The notes beneath the pieces were generated by a model. That model had not been told where the DNA came from. It did no database searches and saw only the letters and a program-made list of their open reading frames with translations. A stretch of 64,000 nucleotides of DNA from the NCBI GenBank assembly GCA_002269645.1, contig NIVC01000921.1, positions 1-64,000 of the forward strand. Direction: 5' to 3'. Shown piece after piece: positions 36,603 through 48,494 of this stretch. Position numbers and translations under genes: made by a program. The DNA comes from Macrostomum lignano (lineage: Eukaryota). Positions within the stretch are counted from its first letter, which is position 1. The number at the start of each line of letters is the position of its first letter.

Positions 36603-39600
36603 CTATTTCGTCTTCAGCGGATCAAACTCGAAATCGGCGTCCATAGGACCGAAGCCGAGGCGCATCAGGTCTTGCTGCTGCTGCTGCTGCTGAGCAGAAG
36701 CAGAGGGCGCGGCGGCGGCGCTCGACGTTGTTGGCGGAACAAACGGAGCGCCAAAAAATGAATCTGAATTGAAGCCGCCCTGTTGCTGCTGCTGCTGCTG
36801 CGGAAACGGATTCGGCGCTGGTCTGGACGGTGGCGGAGCAACGGTCTGCTGCTGCTGCACCGGAGCCCAAGACTGATCGGTGTCAAAGTCCAGTATGACC
36901 TCCGGCTGCGGCTTGGCTGCGGATGTGGCGGAGGCAGTCTGCAACAGCGGCTTGGCAGGAGTTGTAGCGGCAGCAGAAGCAGCAACGGTGGCGGTTGCTG
37001 CGCCAGACGCAGACGGCCTTGTTGTTGGCTGGGCCGTGGCGTCTTCGGAGGGCTGCGAGGATGCAATGTTTCGTATTTCAGTTAACTAGCAGTTATCAGT
37101 TTTAGGCTGGCTGGCTGGCTGACTGCCTGACTGACTGACTGACTGACTGCCTGACTGACTGCCTGCCTGACTGACTGACTGACTGACTGACTGACTGACT
37201 GACTGACTGCCTGACTGACTGACTGACTGACTGCCTGATTGACTGCCTGATTGACTGGCTGACTGACTGCCTGACTGACTGACTGACTGACTGACTGACT
37301 GACTGACTGCCTGACTGACTGACTGACTGACTGACTGACTGACTGACTGACTGACTGACTGACTGACTGACTGACTGACTGACTGACTGACTGACTGCCT
37401 GACTGACTGCCTGATTGACTGGCTGACTGACTGCCTGACTGACTGCCTGATTGACTGCCTGATTGACTGGCTGACTGACTGCCTGACTGCCTGACTGACT
37501 GCCTGACTGACTGCCTGATTGACTGGCTGACTGACTGCCTGACTGACTGCCTGATTGACTGGCTGACCGACTGCCTGACTGACTGACTGACTGACTGACT
37601 GACTGGCTGACAAGCCAACCAATTAAAAGCAGTAAAAATGCAAAACATCTTTGCAAACAAAACCAACCAAACATCACAGCCCTTGGCTACAAAGCATAAA
37701 TGAGACTCTTAAGTTACGCGTCTCACCTGAGTAACCATCGTATGCGGAGCCTTTGCGTCTCCGCCAACGCCGCGAATCTCCGTGACCTCTGTGATGTTCA
37801 AAAGTCGCAGGAATTCGTTTAGCTTGTCGGCCGGCACCTGTTCGCTGAGCTGCTTCAGCCTGGACCGGTAGATGTCTACCTGCTCTTTTAGACCCTGAAA
37901 TAGCAGGCGATAGATTACAGATCCGTGATGTATATGAATGCTGTAGGATGGGGATTCTTCGGGTGCTGTAGGATGGGGATTCTTCGGGTGCTGTAGGATG
38001 GGGATTCGGGGTGCTGTAGGATGGGGATTCGGGGTGCTGTAGGATGGGGATTCGGGGTGCTGTAGGATGGGGATTCTTCGGGTGCTGTAGGATGGGGATT
38101 CTTCGGGTGCTGTAGGATGGGGATTCTTCGGGTGCTGTAGGATGGGGATTCGGGGTGCTGTAGGATGGGGATTCGGGGTGCTGTAGGATGGGGATTCTTC
38201 GGGTGCTGTAGGATGGGGATTCTTTGGGTGCTGTAGGATGGGGATTCTTCGGGTGCTGTAGGATGGGGATTCGGGGTGCTGTAGGATGGGGATTCGGGGT
38301 GCTGTAGGATGGGGATTCGGGGTGCTGTAGGATGGGGATTCTTCGGGTGCTGTAGGATGGGGATTCGGGGTGCTGTAGGATGGGGATTCGGGGTGCTGTA
38401 GGATGGGGATTCTTCGGGTGCTGTAGGATGGGGATTCTTCGGGTGCTGTAGGGTGGGGATTCGGGGTGCTGTAGGGTGGGGATTCGGGGTGCTGTAGGAT
38501 GGGGATTCGGGGTGCTGTAGGATGGGGATTCTTTGGGTGCTGTAGGATGGGGATTCTTCGGGTGCTGTAGGGTGGGGATTCGGGGTGCTGTAGGGTGGGG
38601 ATTCGGGGTGCTGTAGGGTGGGGATTCGGTGTGCTGTAGGGTGGGGATTCGGGGTGCTGTAGGGTGGGGATTCGGGGTGCTGTAGGATGGGGATTCGGGG
38701 TGCTGTAGGATGGGGATTCTTCGGGTGCTGTAGGGTGGGGATTCGGGGTGCTGTAGGATGGGGATTCGGGGTGCTGTAGGATGGGGATTCGGGGTGCTGT
38801 AGGATGGGGATTCTTTGGGTGCTGTAGGATGGGGATTCTTCGGGTGCTGTAGGATGGGGATTCGGGGTGCTGTAGGGTGGGGATTCTTTGGGTGCTGTAG
38901 GATGGGGATTCTTCGGGTGCTGTAGGGTGGGGATTCGGGGTGCTGTAGGGTGGGGATTCGGTGTGCTGTAGGGTGGGGATTCGGGGTGCTGTAGGATGGG
39001 GATTCTTCGGGTGCTGTAGGGTGGGGATTCGGGGTGCTGTAGGATGGGGATTCGGGGTGCTGTAGGATGGGGATTCGGGGTGCTGTAGGATGGGGATTCT
39101 TTGGGTGCTGTAGGATGGGGATTCGGGGTGCTGTAGGATGGGGATTCTTTGGGTGCTGTAGGATGGGGATTCTTCGGGTGCTGTAGGGTGGGGATTCGGG
39201 GTGCTGTAGGGTGGGGATTCGGGGTGCTGTAGGGTGGGGATTCGGTGTGCTGTAGGGTGGGGATTCGGGGTGCTGTAGGATGGGGATTCGGTGTGCTGTA
39301 GGGTGGGGATTCGGGGTGCTGTAGGATGGGGATTCTTGGGGTGCTGTAGGGTGGGGATTCAGGGTGCTGTAGGATGGGGATTCGGGGTGCTGTAGGGTGG
39401 GGATTCGGGGTGCTGTAGGATGGGGATTCGGGGTGCTGTAGGATGGGGATTCGGGGTGCTGTAGGATGGGGATTCGGGGTGCTATCGATACACTCACCAC
39501 TTTGGGTATCTTGCCCTCTTTAACGCGCATCTCGTAAGCCAAATCGAAGGCCTGATTCAGAGTCAGCACCATGTCGCGGGTCTGCAATATTAATAAGAGA

Positions 39601-40075
39601 AATAATATATATAAAGTCACGATGCTCAAAGAATTCCAGTTTAGTATGCACTAACCTTGTTAATATCGTGTTTAAACAGCGTGCACTCGAACTCCGCTTT
39701 CTCAGCCGCTTTAGGCGGCGAAGTCTCGTACACAATAGCCAGGTAGTGCCGGTCAGCCGGGTCGCGGGCAATGTAGGAAATCTTCTCGATTGGCACCTTC
39801 ATCAGGTGGGTCTTGGTCACCACCTCTTCGCCGCTGAATACCTCGATGCCCTGCACGGAGATGTGCACAGACACCATTGGCGCCTGCTTCACGCCGGATT
39901 CTTTTCGCCGAGATTTGCCTTCGCGCATTTTCTCGCTGGCCCGCTGAACAACGTGGATGCCTTTGGCCTCGGCGGCCGGGTACGTGCCCTCGAATTTGCA
40001 CTGGAATGACACGCCGTCGCGTCGGCGAAGATCTTCGTCTGGGTGGAGGCGCTGACTGGATTGGGTGTCGGGCAT
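36603..40075 (-). CDS. ced-6: PTB-domain engulfment/endocytic adaptor, CED-6/GULP-like
   Basis: Exons 40075-39656, 39581-39498, 37894-37727, 37085-36603, all phase 0. PTB: DGVSFQCKFEG...KGIHVVQRA...VSVHISVQGIEV...ISYIARDPADR...MVLTLNQAFDLAY. It is followed by a helical segment (QVDIYRSRLKQLSEQVP) and a low-complexity tail with NPF, DSFF and FDPLK endocytic-type motifs. A Dab-like assignment is not excluded. Confidence 0.75.
37105..37610. repeat. (CTGA)n microsatellite, intronic
   Basis: Direct reading. Confidence 0.95.
37935..39485. repeat. 23/26-bp G-rich minisatellite (GGGGTGCTGTAGGATGGGGATTC), intronic
   Basis: More than 60 copies. Confidence 0.95.
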
Positions 40076-40184
40076 GGCTGCGGATGGAAGTTGCGGCAAA
40101 ATGAACCGATTAGACTGTGCGCTAGTATAACAGTAACTGCACCTGCATGATGAGGCTGAGAAGAACAGATGGAAAATTGCGAGG

Positions 40185-40790
40185 GGAGGAAGGAGAAAGA
40201 GAGGAGAGGGACGGGAAGAGAGAAGAGGGAAGAGAGGAGAGGGACGGGAAGAGAGGAGAGGGACGGGAAGAGAGAAGAGGGAAGAGAGGAGAGGGACGGG
40301 AAGAGAGGAGAGGGAAGAGAGGAGAGGGACGGGAGAGAAGAGAGGGAAGAGAGGAGAGGGACGGGAAGAGAGGAGAGGGACGGAAAGAGAGAAGAGGGAC
40401 GGGAAGAGAGGAGAGGGAAGAGAGGAGAGGGACGGGAAGAGAGGAGAGGGACGGGAAGAGAGGAGAGGGACGGGAAGAGAGGAGAGGGACGGGAAGAGAG
40501 GAGAGGGACGGGAAGAGAGGAGAGGGACGGGAAGAGAGAAGGGACGGGAGGAGAGGGACGGGAAGAGAGGAGAGGGATGGGAAGAGAGGAGAGGGACGGG
40601 AAGAGAGGAGAGGGGCGGGAAGAGAGGAGAGGGACGGGAAGAGAGGAGAGGGACGGGAAGAGAGGAGAACGGAAAGAGAGGAGAGGATGGAGAAGGAGGA
40701 GGGATGAGGGAGAAAGGAGAGTGAGGAGTAAGAGAGGAGAGGGAGAGGCGGAGGGAGGTGAGAGGGAGAGAGGAGGGGAAGGGAAAAGAG
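40185..40790. repeat. 19-bp purine minisatellite (AGAGGAGAGGGACGGGAAG)
   Basis: Tandem copies upstream of the CED-6-like ATG. Confidence 0.9.
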
Positions 40791-42063
40791 AGAGCCAAAT
40801 TATAGAGTAGAGGTTTAGGCCACATGTACTCAGAAAAACACAAATTAGTATTGACGTTGCAAAAAACACAATATTGTAATTAGCTCTTACCCATAATTCA
40901 ATATTTTACTTCTTAAATTTGTTTTTTAATCATGCAAGGCACAGAAAATAAAACTATAAGACAATAGAAGCAACAATTATAACACTAATTTTGACTAGCC
41001 TTATATACTTAGTTTAATAATACATATTATTTGTACATGACTAAGTTCTGAATTAACCTTGATAACAAAAATACGAGAATAAATAACAAAAACGCGCATA
41101 CGTGTATATATTGTAAAGATTGAACCTCTATATTTGTTTAAATATAACTGCTGTGAGATTTTCATACACAAAAAGGCGCTTTACGCAATGAAACCATGCA
41201 GTTTTAAAAGAGAAAGAAATCATTACAAAAATATTTATCATCTGTTCTTTTCTGTCGAACCAGACATTTAAAAATTGAAACATATCAGCCAAAATCTTAA
41301 ATACTACTAAATCAGAGAAGTAGCATTTAAAAGTCTCGGTAATAATCTGGAAGAAAAAAAAGGACGGAAGCTACAGACAGAAACAAATTCTCCAATGAAA
41401 TCTATTATTCTTGATATTATGAATACATAAACAGCTAGATAAACACAAAGGAAAAATCTCTAGCTGAGTCTATTCATGTGTAAAAAGGCAACAATAGCAA
41501 TAATTAGTAGATAATTCAGTCAGCTGAGTTCACTCAGTTTTCTATATTACGATTACAGGGGCACCATGGATGACCCTCAGGTCGCCAGGAAGACACGGCA
41601 AGGTTCAACTGAAATGCGACAGCCAATAATAGGAGCGATTGTAATATATTGTTGGGTGGCTCTATTGTTCTACTTAATTTACTGATTTATTTATTAAGCT
41701 GCGGTTTCATATTTAAGATTAGATGATTAAAAGAAATCAAACTTGAGTGTCTCAATTGTACAGAAAGGAGAATTTCTCGTTTTGTTTGAAGTGTAATATG
41801 TTCAATTTTTGCATATTGAGCTGTTGCAATTTGCCATATTTTGTAGCGGATGTCCCCAAATAGTATTATTTTAATTGACTCCTAGCTGTTCGTCAATATT
41901 ACGCCCTGACCTCTAGATTGAATATAGACAGAAATGAGCTTTGCGCACAGGCAAATGAAGGTCAGTGTCAGCATGTTCTGTATCGGATTACACCATGGGC
42001 TCAGGCGCTTTGTCTCTTTTAAAGCAACTTCTGTCGATTTTCAAGGACTTTCAATTGGCCATA

Positions 42064-42342
42064 GGGGTTGTAGCCCAGTGGTTAGAGCGTCGGACTCACG
42101 ACTAGAAGGTCGGCGGTTCGATTCCCGATCCCACTGGAACAATTTGTGTCCTTGAGCAAGACACTTAACTCTGCATTGCTTCAGTTCCCCCAGCTGTAAA
42201 ATGGGTGCCAGCATTAGCTGGGGTAATTGAGGATGTGTGGCGACCCCCCCCCCAGCCTTCAGATGCACCGCGCAATAGCTGCGGCTGAGCTGTCGGTTGC
42301 ACATCTGCTCATTAGGGCAGGTGTAATCAATTGTTATTTATT
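42064..42342 (+). mobile_element. tRNA-derived SINE with CORE-like central domain, copy 2
   Basis: Collinear with 7921-8203: A box TAGCCCAGTGG, B box GGTTCGATTCC, CCTTGAGCAAGACACTTAACTC...CTGTAAAATGGG, and 3' end GGGCAGGTGTAATCAATT. Confidence 0.8.
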
Positions 42343-42600
42343 CCTAATTATTACTCTAATTGGTTCCTTTTCTCTTCCGTGAATCAAGTTGATGATCCGA
42401 TATGCGTCTGTTCTGTCTATGGCAAACTCCGGGAGCGCATTTAATTAAGGGAGTTTAATTGATACGCGCAATTGAAATCACAAAAAAACTATCAGAGTTG
42501 GAAGAATAGTATGCAAAAATAAATTTGTGTTTGGTTATGAATTGAACAATTCTCAATACTAGACTAATCTCGATCATTCAGCTTCAGTAATACACATGCA

Positions 42601-43905
42601 ATGACCAACACAATGAGCAGCAATAAAACGCAACAGGAACAACTGGAGACTCAATCTGCTTTCCGTCTGGACTTCTGCTCACCAGTTTATCTAAACAGCC
42701 TGCTCCGCCAACAGCACCTGCACTGGCTGGAGATTCATCAGCGGAGCAGGGACAGCTGTTCGATTGCCACAGTAACCCAGTTTCTATTCGTCATCCCAAC
42801 CAACTTGGCTAATTTGATCTGCGTACTCGGCACCGAAGCTCCTCTGTTAAAAGCGCAGCTGGGCTGCCAGTTGCGCCGGGTTCGAACTCCGGACTACGTC
42901 GCTCCGGACGGCCTGCAGACGTTCAGCGTTGACTATGCCGACGGAGGAGCGAGTGCGCACGCCAAATTTCTGGCCGCTTTGAATCGAATCTGCGTGCGTC
43001 TGCAGCTGACAAACATCTGCTTGGGACCGGCCGACAGTCGCAGCTGCGGAGACACTACAGTCAATGGCGCCAGGTGCAGCGCCTGCGCCAAGGTGCGAAC
43101 TCACACCAAGACTGTCCGTGGCGCCAGCGCTGCGCCCCGATTCCAGCGTCAACCGCTGCTCACGCCTCCGCCACCGTCGCAGTCGCAGCGACCAAAAACT
43201 GCAGACAAATCAAAAGAGAAAGCAGCCGCCGACCAAATGGCTGAAGCAGCAGCCAATGAAATTATGCACCGATTGCAGCTTGTCAACTCTGCTATCGACA
43301 CCGCGGCTGTGGCAACGGCTTCCACTAGGGTGGCACTGCGCCGCTGCGAAGACAAACTGATGGAAGCTGCGTTTGTCAAATTGCGTCTGCACGCTAGCGC
43401 TGTGAGCATCTTCTCTGACTGGGCAGGCCAGCTAACGGACAGACTTATTGTCGGTTGCGCTGGCCTGCTAGCCAGAGCTGTCGCTTTGCGCCATGCCGCA
43501 GCCTCCGGCGTTGCTGACGCCGCAGTCGACGAGTTGATTCGTCTGGTGGCCACCGGGCCGCTCATCGCAGAGCTGGCCACAGTTGAAAGGACGCCGCTGT
43601 TCCGGGCTTGCCTGCTCTGCGACCTGCGCACCAGCCGTCAGCTGCTGTTGGACCAGCAGCCGTTGCGCCGTCGCTGTCCAGGTTGCGGCGCGAACTTCAC
43701 AGCCGTCGCGGCCACCAGATTCGGCGCTGCCTACCAGCTCACCGTCAAGTCGCAGCGATGCGGCGTGGCCTGTCACGCATCGCTGCTTCAGCTGGCCGAA
43801 AGTGCCCGCGTTGCCAAGGACGCAAGCCTGGGCAGCCTACTGCTGCAAAAGATTGCCGCATTGCCTGTCTCAAATTCTTCGGGTCTGGCATTTTTCCAAT
43901 CATAA
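42601..43905 (+). CDS. Intronless uncharacterised 434-aa protein with a C-terminal Cys4 (CxxC-x17-CxxC) motif
   Basis: Long non-repetitive ORF, GC-rich like the other exons and flanked by AT-rich DNA. ATG at 42601, stop at 43903-43905, AATAAA near 44031. No family recognised with certainty. Confidence 0.65.
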   Translation: MTNTMSSNKTQQEQLETQSAFRLDFCSPVYLNSLLRQQHLHWLEIHQRSRDSCSIATVTQFLFVIPTNLANLICVLGTEAPLLKAQLGCQLRRVRTPDYVAPDGLQTFSVDYADGGASAHAKFLAALNRICVRLQLTNICLGPADSRSCGDTTVNGARCSACAKVRTHTKTVRGASAAPRFQRQPLLTPPPPSQSQRPKTADKSKEKAAADQMAEAAANEIMHRLQLVNSAIDTAAVATASTRVALRRCEDKLMEAAFVKLRLHASAVSIFSDWAGQLTDRLIVGCAGLLARAVALRHAAASGVADAAVDELIRLVATGPLIAELATVERTPLFRACLLCDLRTSRQLLLDQQPLRRRCPGCGANFTAVAATRFGAAYQLTVKSQRCGVACHASLLQLAESARVAKDASLGSLLLQKIAALPVSNSSGLAFFQS

Positions 43906-44634
43906 TATTCATCCCGCCTGTTAGCTGCTCCAGTTTAGCGGTAGCTGCAGTACATAAAAATTAGCTTTGTTTTGTTTTAATTTTAATAGACAAAGACTTT
44001 TTGCAGGATGCTATTTGCTGTAACTTGTTGAATAAAAGGTTGCATCGGACAAAATTTTCAGTAGATATTATATTTTCATAAATACTTTATTACCGCGTAA
44101 CCTTCGTCACCAGCGTGAGTTTTCAGTTGCTAACCTACCAGAGCCAGCTATTTGTGTCAGTCGGTTCCGAGCATAAGAAACTCCACCGATTATTTCCAAG
44201 CAATCGTCTTCAGTTAGCAACAAAGCAATTGTAAATGTGCGTGTTTGACCTAGCTGCTCACAACAATGGTTCAAACGGTGACTTTCGCATTCCATATTAT
44301 AAATATATTATCTAGATAGTACAGTACACAGTGCTTATTTTGTTACAAAGCATTTCGACTTGAACGATTTAAAATGAACTATATAAAATAGTCTAAAAGG
44401 CTTTCAGTAGATAGCTATGGACAAACCAATATTTTACTATCGATTAAACTTCAGTGCCACGTCCAAATCATTCATTAGGCACTCTTTTAATCTGAATCCA
44501 TACCTGCTGATCAATAATGATCATTAATTATCAATAGGCAATGCAGTGGGATACTGCAAGTCGACTGCCGACGATTCAGGATAGGACTATTGTTGAAGTT
44601 TAGGTTATGATTCAGGTTAAAGCTGCTGTTTAGT

Positions 44635-44822
44635 TTAGGGTTTGGGATTAGGTTAGGGATTGGGATTAGGTTAGGGATTGGGATTAGGTTAGGGATTGGG
44701 ATTAGGTTAGGGATTGGGATTAGGTTAGGGATTGGGATTAGGTTTGGGATTGGGATTAGGTTAGGGATTGGGATTAGGTTACGGTCTGGGATTAGGTTAG
44801 GGATTGGGATTAGGTTAGGGTA
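44635..44822. repeat. 18-bp telomere-like repeat (TTAGGGATTGGGATTAGG)
   Basis: About 10 copies. Confidence 0.9.
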
Positions 44823-44882
44823 AGGACTAAATTTGCAGTCAATTTGTGGCAGTCAAATGTCACTGACAATCAATTGCGCCAG

Positions 44883-47340
44883 TTAACCACTCCGTACAGT
44901 AGCTAAAAGGCGCACAATTGTGTAAAAAACTAACCACGACTGATCGACGGCCGCTTCAGTCACCTCGTGGTCGTCAATGAACAAAGTCTGTATAATGCCT
45001 GTGCGCCGCTTGCCGCTAGACACGGCACGGATGAAGCAGGCATGATCGCCTACTGTAAAGTGCGTCTCAGTGCCTTCGTCTGTGAACTCGCCCTGGGGAT
45101 GTGGGATATTGTGGGAATGGGGTCTTCGTCAGGCTGATAAAGTAGCAAGACTTTCTTCTATAGTAAATCAAATCCGTCTAAACATTAAGGCTCAAGGCAT
45201 GTGAGGATGGCGATGACCCAAGAACTGAGGATCTGGGAGGCTGGTGGAACAGAAACTGAGGATCTGGGAGGCTGGTGGAACAGAAACTGAGGATCTGGGA
45301 GGCTGGTGGAACAGAAACTGAGGATCTGGGAGGCTGGTGGAACAGAAACTGAGGATCTGGGAGGCTGGTGGAACAGAAACTGAGGATCTGGGAGGCTGGT
45401 GGAACAGAAACTGAGGATCTGGGAGGCTGGTGGAACAGAAACTGAGGATCTGGGAGGCTGGTGGAACAGAAACTGAGGATCTGGGAGGCTGGTGGAACAG
45501 AAACTGAGGATCTGGGAGGCTGGTGGAACAGAAACTGAGGATCTGGGAGGCTGGTGGAACAGCAACTGAGGATCTGGGAGGCAGGTGGAACAGCAAATGA
45601 GGATCTTGGAGGAGACAACAGTCTGGGATCTGACAAAACTGGCCAGAAATAAAATGATAGGGATCAAGATAGAGCCCAGGAAACTCACAGCTGTCTCAAC
45701 GACTTTTCCATCAACGTAGACATCAAGCGAATCCTTCTCCAGTACAATTCTCACGAACTCGCCATCAATAATAGGCAGCCAGCATTTGAGAATGCGCGCC
45801 TGGTTCTCGCTGAAGCTCTGCACGGATTTGCCATTCACCAACAGTTTATAATGATAATTAAAATCGTCTGCTGCGACGATTTCAATTGTGCAGGGAGTGC
45901 TGCCGATTTTGAAATGCTCAATGCCAACTAGCTTGAACATGAAGTCTTCGCGCTTGATGCACTGGCGGAGAAATGCGGAGCACGAGGGAGGGCATCTTAG
46001 ATAGCGTTCAGACAGAATCTCGCACAAGCTCGAACCTTCACAATATCTAACCTTCACAAGCTCTAACCTTCACAAGCTCGAACCTTCACAAGATCTAACC
46101 TTCACAATCTCTAACCTTCACAATCTCTAACCTTCACAATCTCAAACATTCACAATCTCAAACATTCACAATCTTTAACATTCACAATCTCGAACATCCA
46201 CAATCTCAAACCTTCACAATCTCAAACATTCACAATCTCAAACATTCACAATCTCGAACATTCACAATCTCGAACCTTCACAATCTCGAACCTTCACAAT
46301 CTCAAAAATTCACAATATTTAACCTTCACAAGCTCAAACCTTCACAAGCTCAAACCTTCACAATCTTAAACATTCACAATCTCAAACATTCACAATCTCG
46401 AACCTTCACAAGCTCGAACCTTCACAATCTCGAACCTTCACAATCTTAAACATTCACAATCTCAAACATTCACAATATTTAACCTTCACAAGCTCAAACC
46501 TTCACAAGCTCAAACCTTCACAATCTCGAACCTTCACAATCTCAAACATTCACAATCTCAAACATTCACAATTTCCAACCTTCACAATCTCGAACATTCA
46601 CAATCTTGAACTTGAACATTCACAATCTCTAACCTTCACAATCTCTAACATTCACAATTTCCAACCTTCACAATCTCTAACATTCACAATCTCTAACATT
46701 CACAATCTCAAACATTCACAATCTCTAACATTCACAATCTCTAACATTCACAATCTCGAACATTCACAATCTCTAACCTTCACAATCTCTAACATTCACA
46801 ATCTCTAACATTCACAATCTCTAACATTTACAATCTCTAACCTTCACAATCTCGAACATTCACAATCTCGAACATTCACAATCTCGAACATTCACAATTT
46901 CTAACCTTCACAATCTTTAACCTTCGCAATCTCAAACATTCACAATCTCAAACCTTCACAATATTTAACCTTCACAAGCTTGAACATTCACAATCTCTAA
47001 CCTTCACAATATTTAACCTTCACAAGCTCGAATCTTCACAATCCCTAACCTTCAAAATCTCTAACCTTCTCTAACCTTTCGGTTTCCAAGCTTATGGTTG
47101 TGACGTCCGACAAACAAGACTTTCGACAATGTGAAATTTCGAGCTTGTGAAAGCGATCTAGCATTTTTTGGGATTGAATTAAGACACGGGACTTCGGCAT
47201 TCAAACCTTACCTCTCCGTTAAGAAAGATGGCCCTCCGGCCCGAGGTCGTACCATGGTCAAACTGCACAACATGCACCCTATCGCTCAGAGGCACCTCCC
47301 ATCTGGCGCTCATGACTTTTTTCTGGCCGTTTTCTTCCAT
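44883..47340 (-). CDS. FAIM: Fas apoptotic inhibitory molecule 1
   Basis: Exons 47340-47212, 45961-45689 and 45092-44883 (or 45092-44935 spliced to 44311 to form the stop codon). WEVPLSDRVHVVQFDHGTTSGRR, FMFKLVGIEHF, RIVLEKDSLDVYVDGKVVETAGEFTDEGTETHF, RAVSSGKRRTGII. Confidence 0.92.
45222..45605. repeat. 30-bp minisatellite (AACTGAGGATCTGGGAGGCTGGTGGAACAG-type) in FAIM intron 2
   Basis: About 12 copies. Confidence 0.95.
46025..47075. repeat. 16-bp minisatellite (AACATTCACAATCTCT) in FAIM intron 1
   Basis: More than 60 degenerate copies. Confidence 0.95.
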
Positions 47341-47894
47341 TTTTCTGCTGTTTTCTTTAAAGGTCAAAAGAAAAAGGCCAAGCGCTGAAATCAATGGCAT
47401 TCGTGCTATAATTTAATGAAAATATAAGCTACGCATAATACAAAGGCTACTAATTATTTCCTTACATTTTTTCGACTAGTAAATGCAACTAACAAAGATA
47501 AACAGTAAAAAGCCAAACGTATCCAAGTCGCACATATGCACAATATTAATATTATATAAAGTGCAACTGTTGCCTTTGTTAAATTGAGTTCACAATAATT
47601 AATTTTATTTGAACAAACAATAAAACACTAATTATCGCCAATACAATTGAATTAATAAGACCCTGTAATATATTTACCGATGGAACAGGATTCAGGACTA
47701 TTCAAACAGATTATAGATAGCAAAACAGAAACGGAACTAGCAGCAAGGGAAACCTTCGATAAGCCCGCATGAATCACTGATTAATTAATTATTATAGCAA
47801 TAGCAATAGCGGGCCGCGGGGTGAAAATGCAATCCAAGCCAAACCGGGGTACCATCGCTGCCTCGTTGATATTTAGATCGCGAAAATCCCCCAG

Positions 47895-48311
47895 CTAATA
47901 ACCGCCTCGACCGCCGCCTCGACCACCACCGCGACCGCCTCCGCCGCCGCCTCGACTGCCACCGCCGCCGCCTCGTCCGCCGCGGAATCCGCCCCGGCCG
48001 CGGTGCATCATAGTCTTGCCGCGGCCCATGCCTAAGCCTTTAGTGCCGGTAGTTCGTTTAAACATTGGCGCATTTTTAAGCATGTCGGGCAGAATGAAGA
48101 ATCGAGCTTTTGAGCCGCGCAGGAAAATGTTTTCCAGATGAGCAACGCGACCGTCGCGGAATGTGACCGTGACGTCCGACATCTGGCAGTTCATATTCTC
48201 CTCGGCTTCTACTAGCATGCCGCGGTACATCTCGCCTGTGTCCATCTCGCATGTGATCACGTGACCTTCGGCTTCGTGCAACAGTTTAGATGGAACTCCT
48301 AGCAAGGCCAT
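47895..48311 (-). CDS. SNRPD3: Small nuclear ribonucleoprotein Sm D3 (single exon, 138 aa)
   Basis: [18 protein letters not shown]...[19 protein letters not shown]...[34 protein letters not shown] plus an RG/GR-rich tail. The true ATG is at 48311; the ORF track starts 5 codons earlier. Confidence 0.96.
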   Translation of the reverse strand: MALLGVPSKLLHEAEGHVITCEMDTGEMYRGMLVEAEENMNCQMSDVTVTFRDGRVAHLENIFLRGSKARFFILPDMLKNAPMFKRTTGTKGLGMGRGKTMMHRGRGGFRGGRGGGGGSRGGGGGGRGGGRGGGRGGY

Positions 48312-48494
48312 GCTGTTGACAAGCATGCATTCACATATTTAATTAAGGGCCAATTAATTATCAGGAGCTAATGGAAAACATCTTCTTTCTATGATAATGA
48401 ACTATGTTATTAAAGTGTACTTTAAAATAGCTGGATATTTTTATCAATTATAGATTGTGCTTTTCGTCTACCACTTTTTTGGATACACCTTTGG

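Noticed and set aside
37674-39629. 651-aa minus-strand ORF as a repetitive protein
   Set aside because: Only 39581-39498 is a real exon. The rest is intronic minisatellite, and the true next exon is in a different frame.
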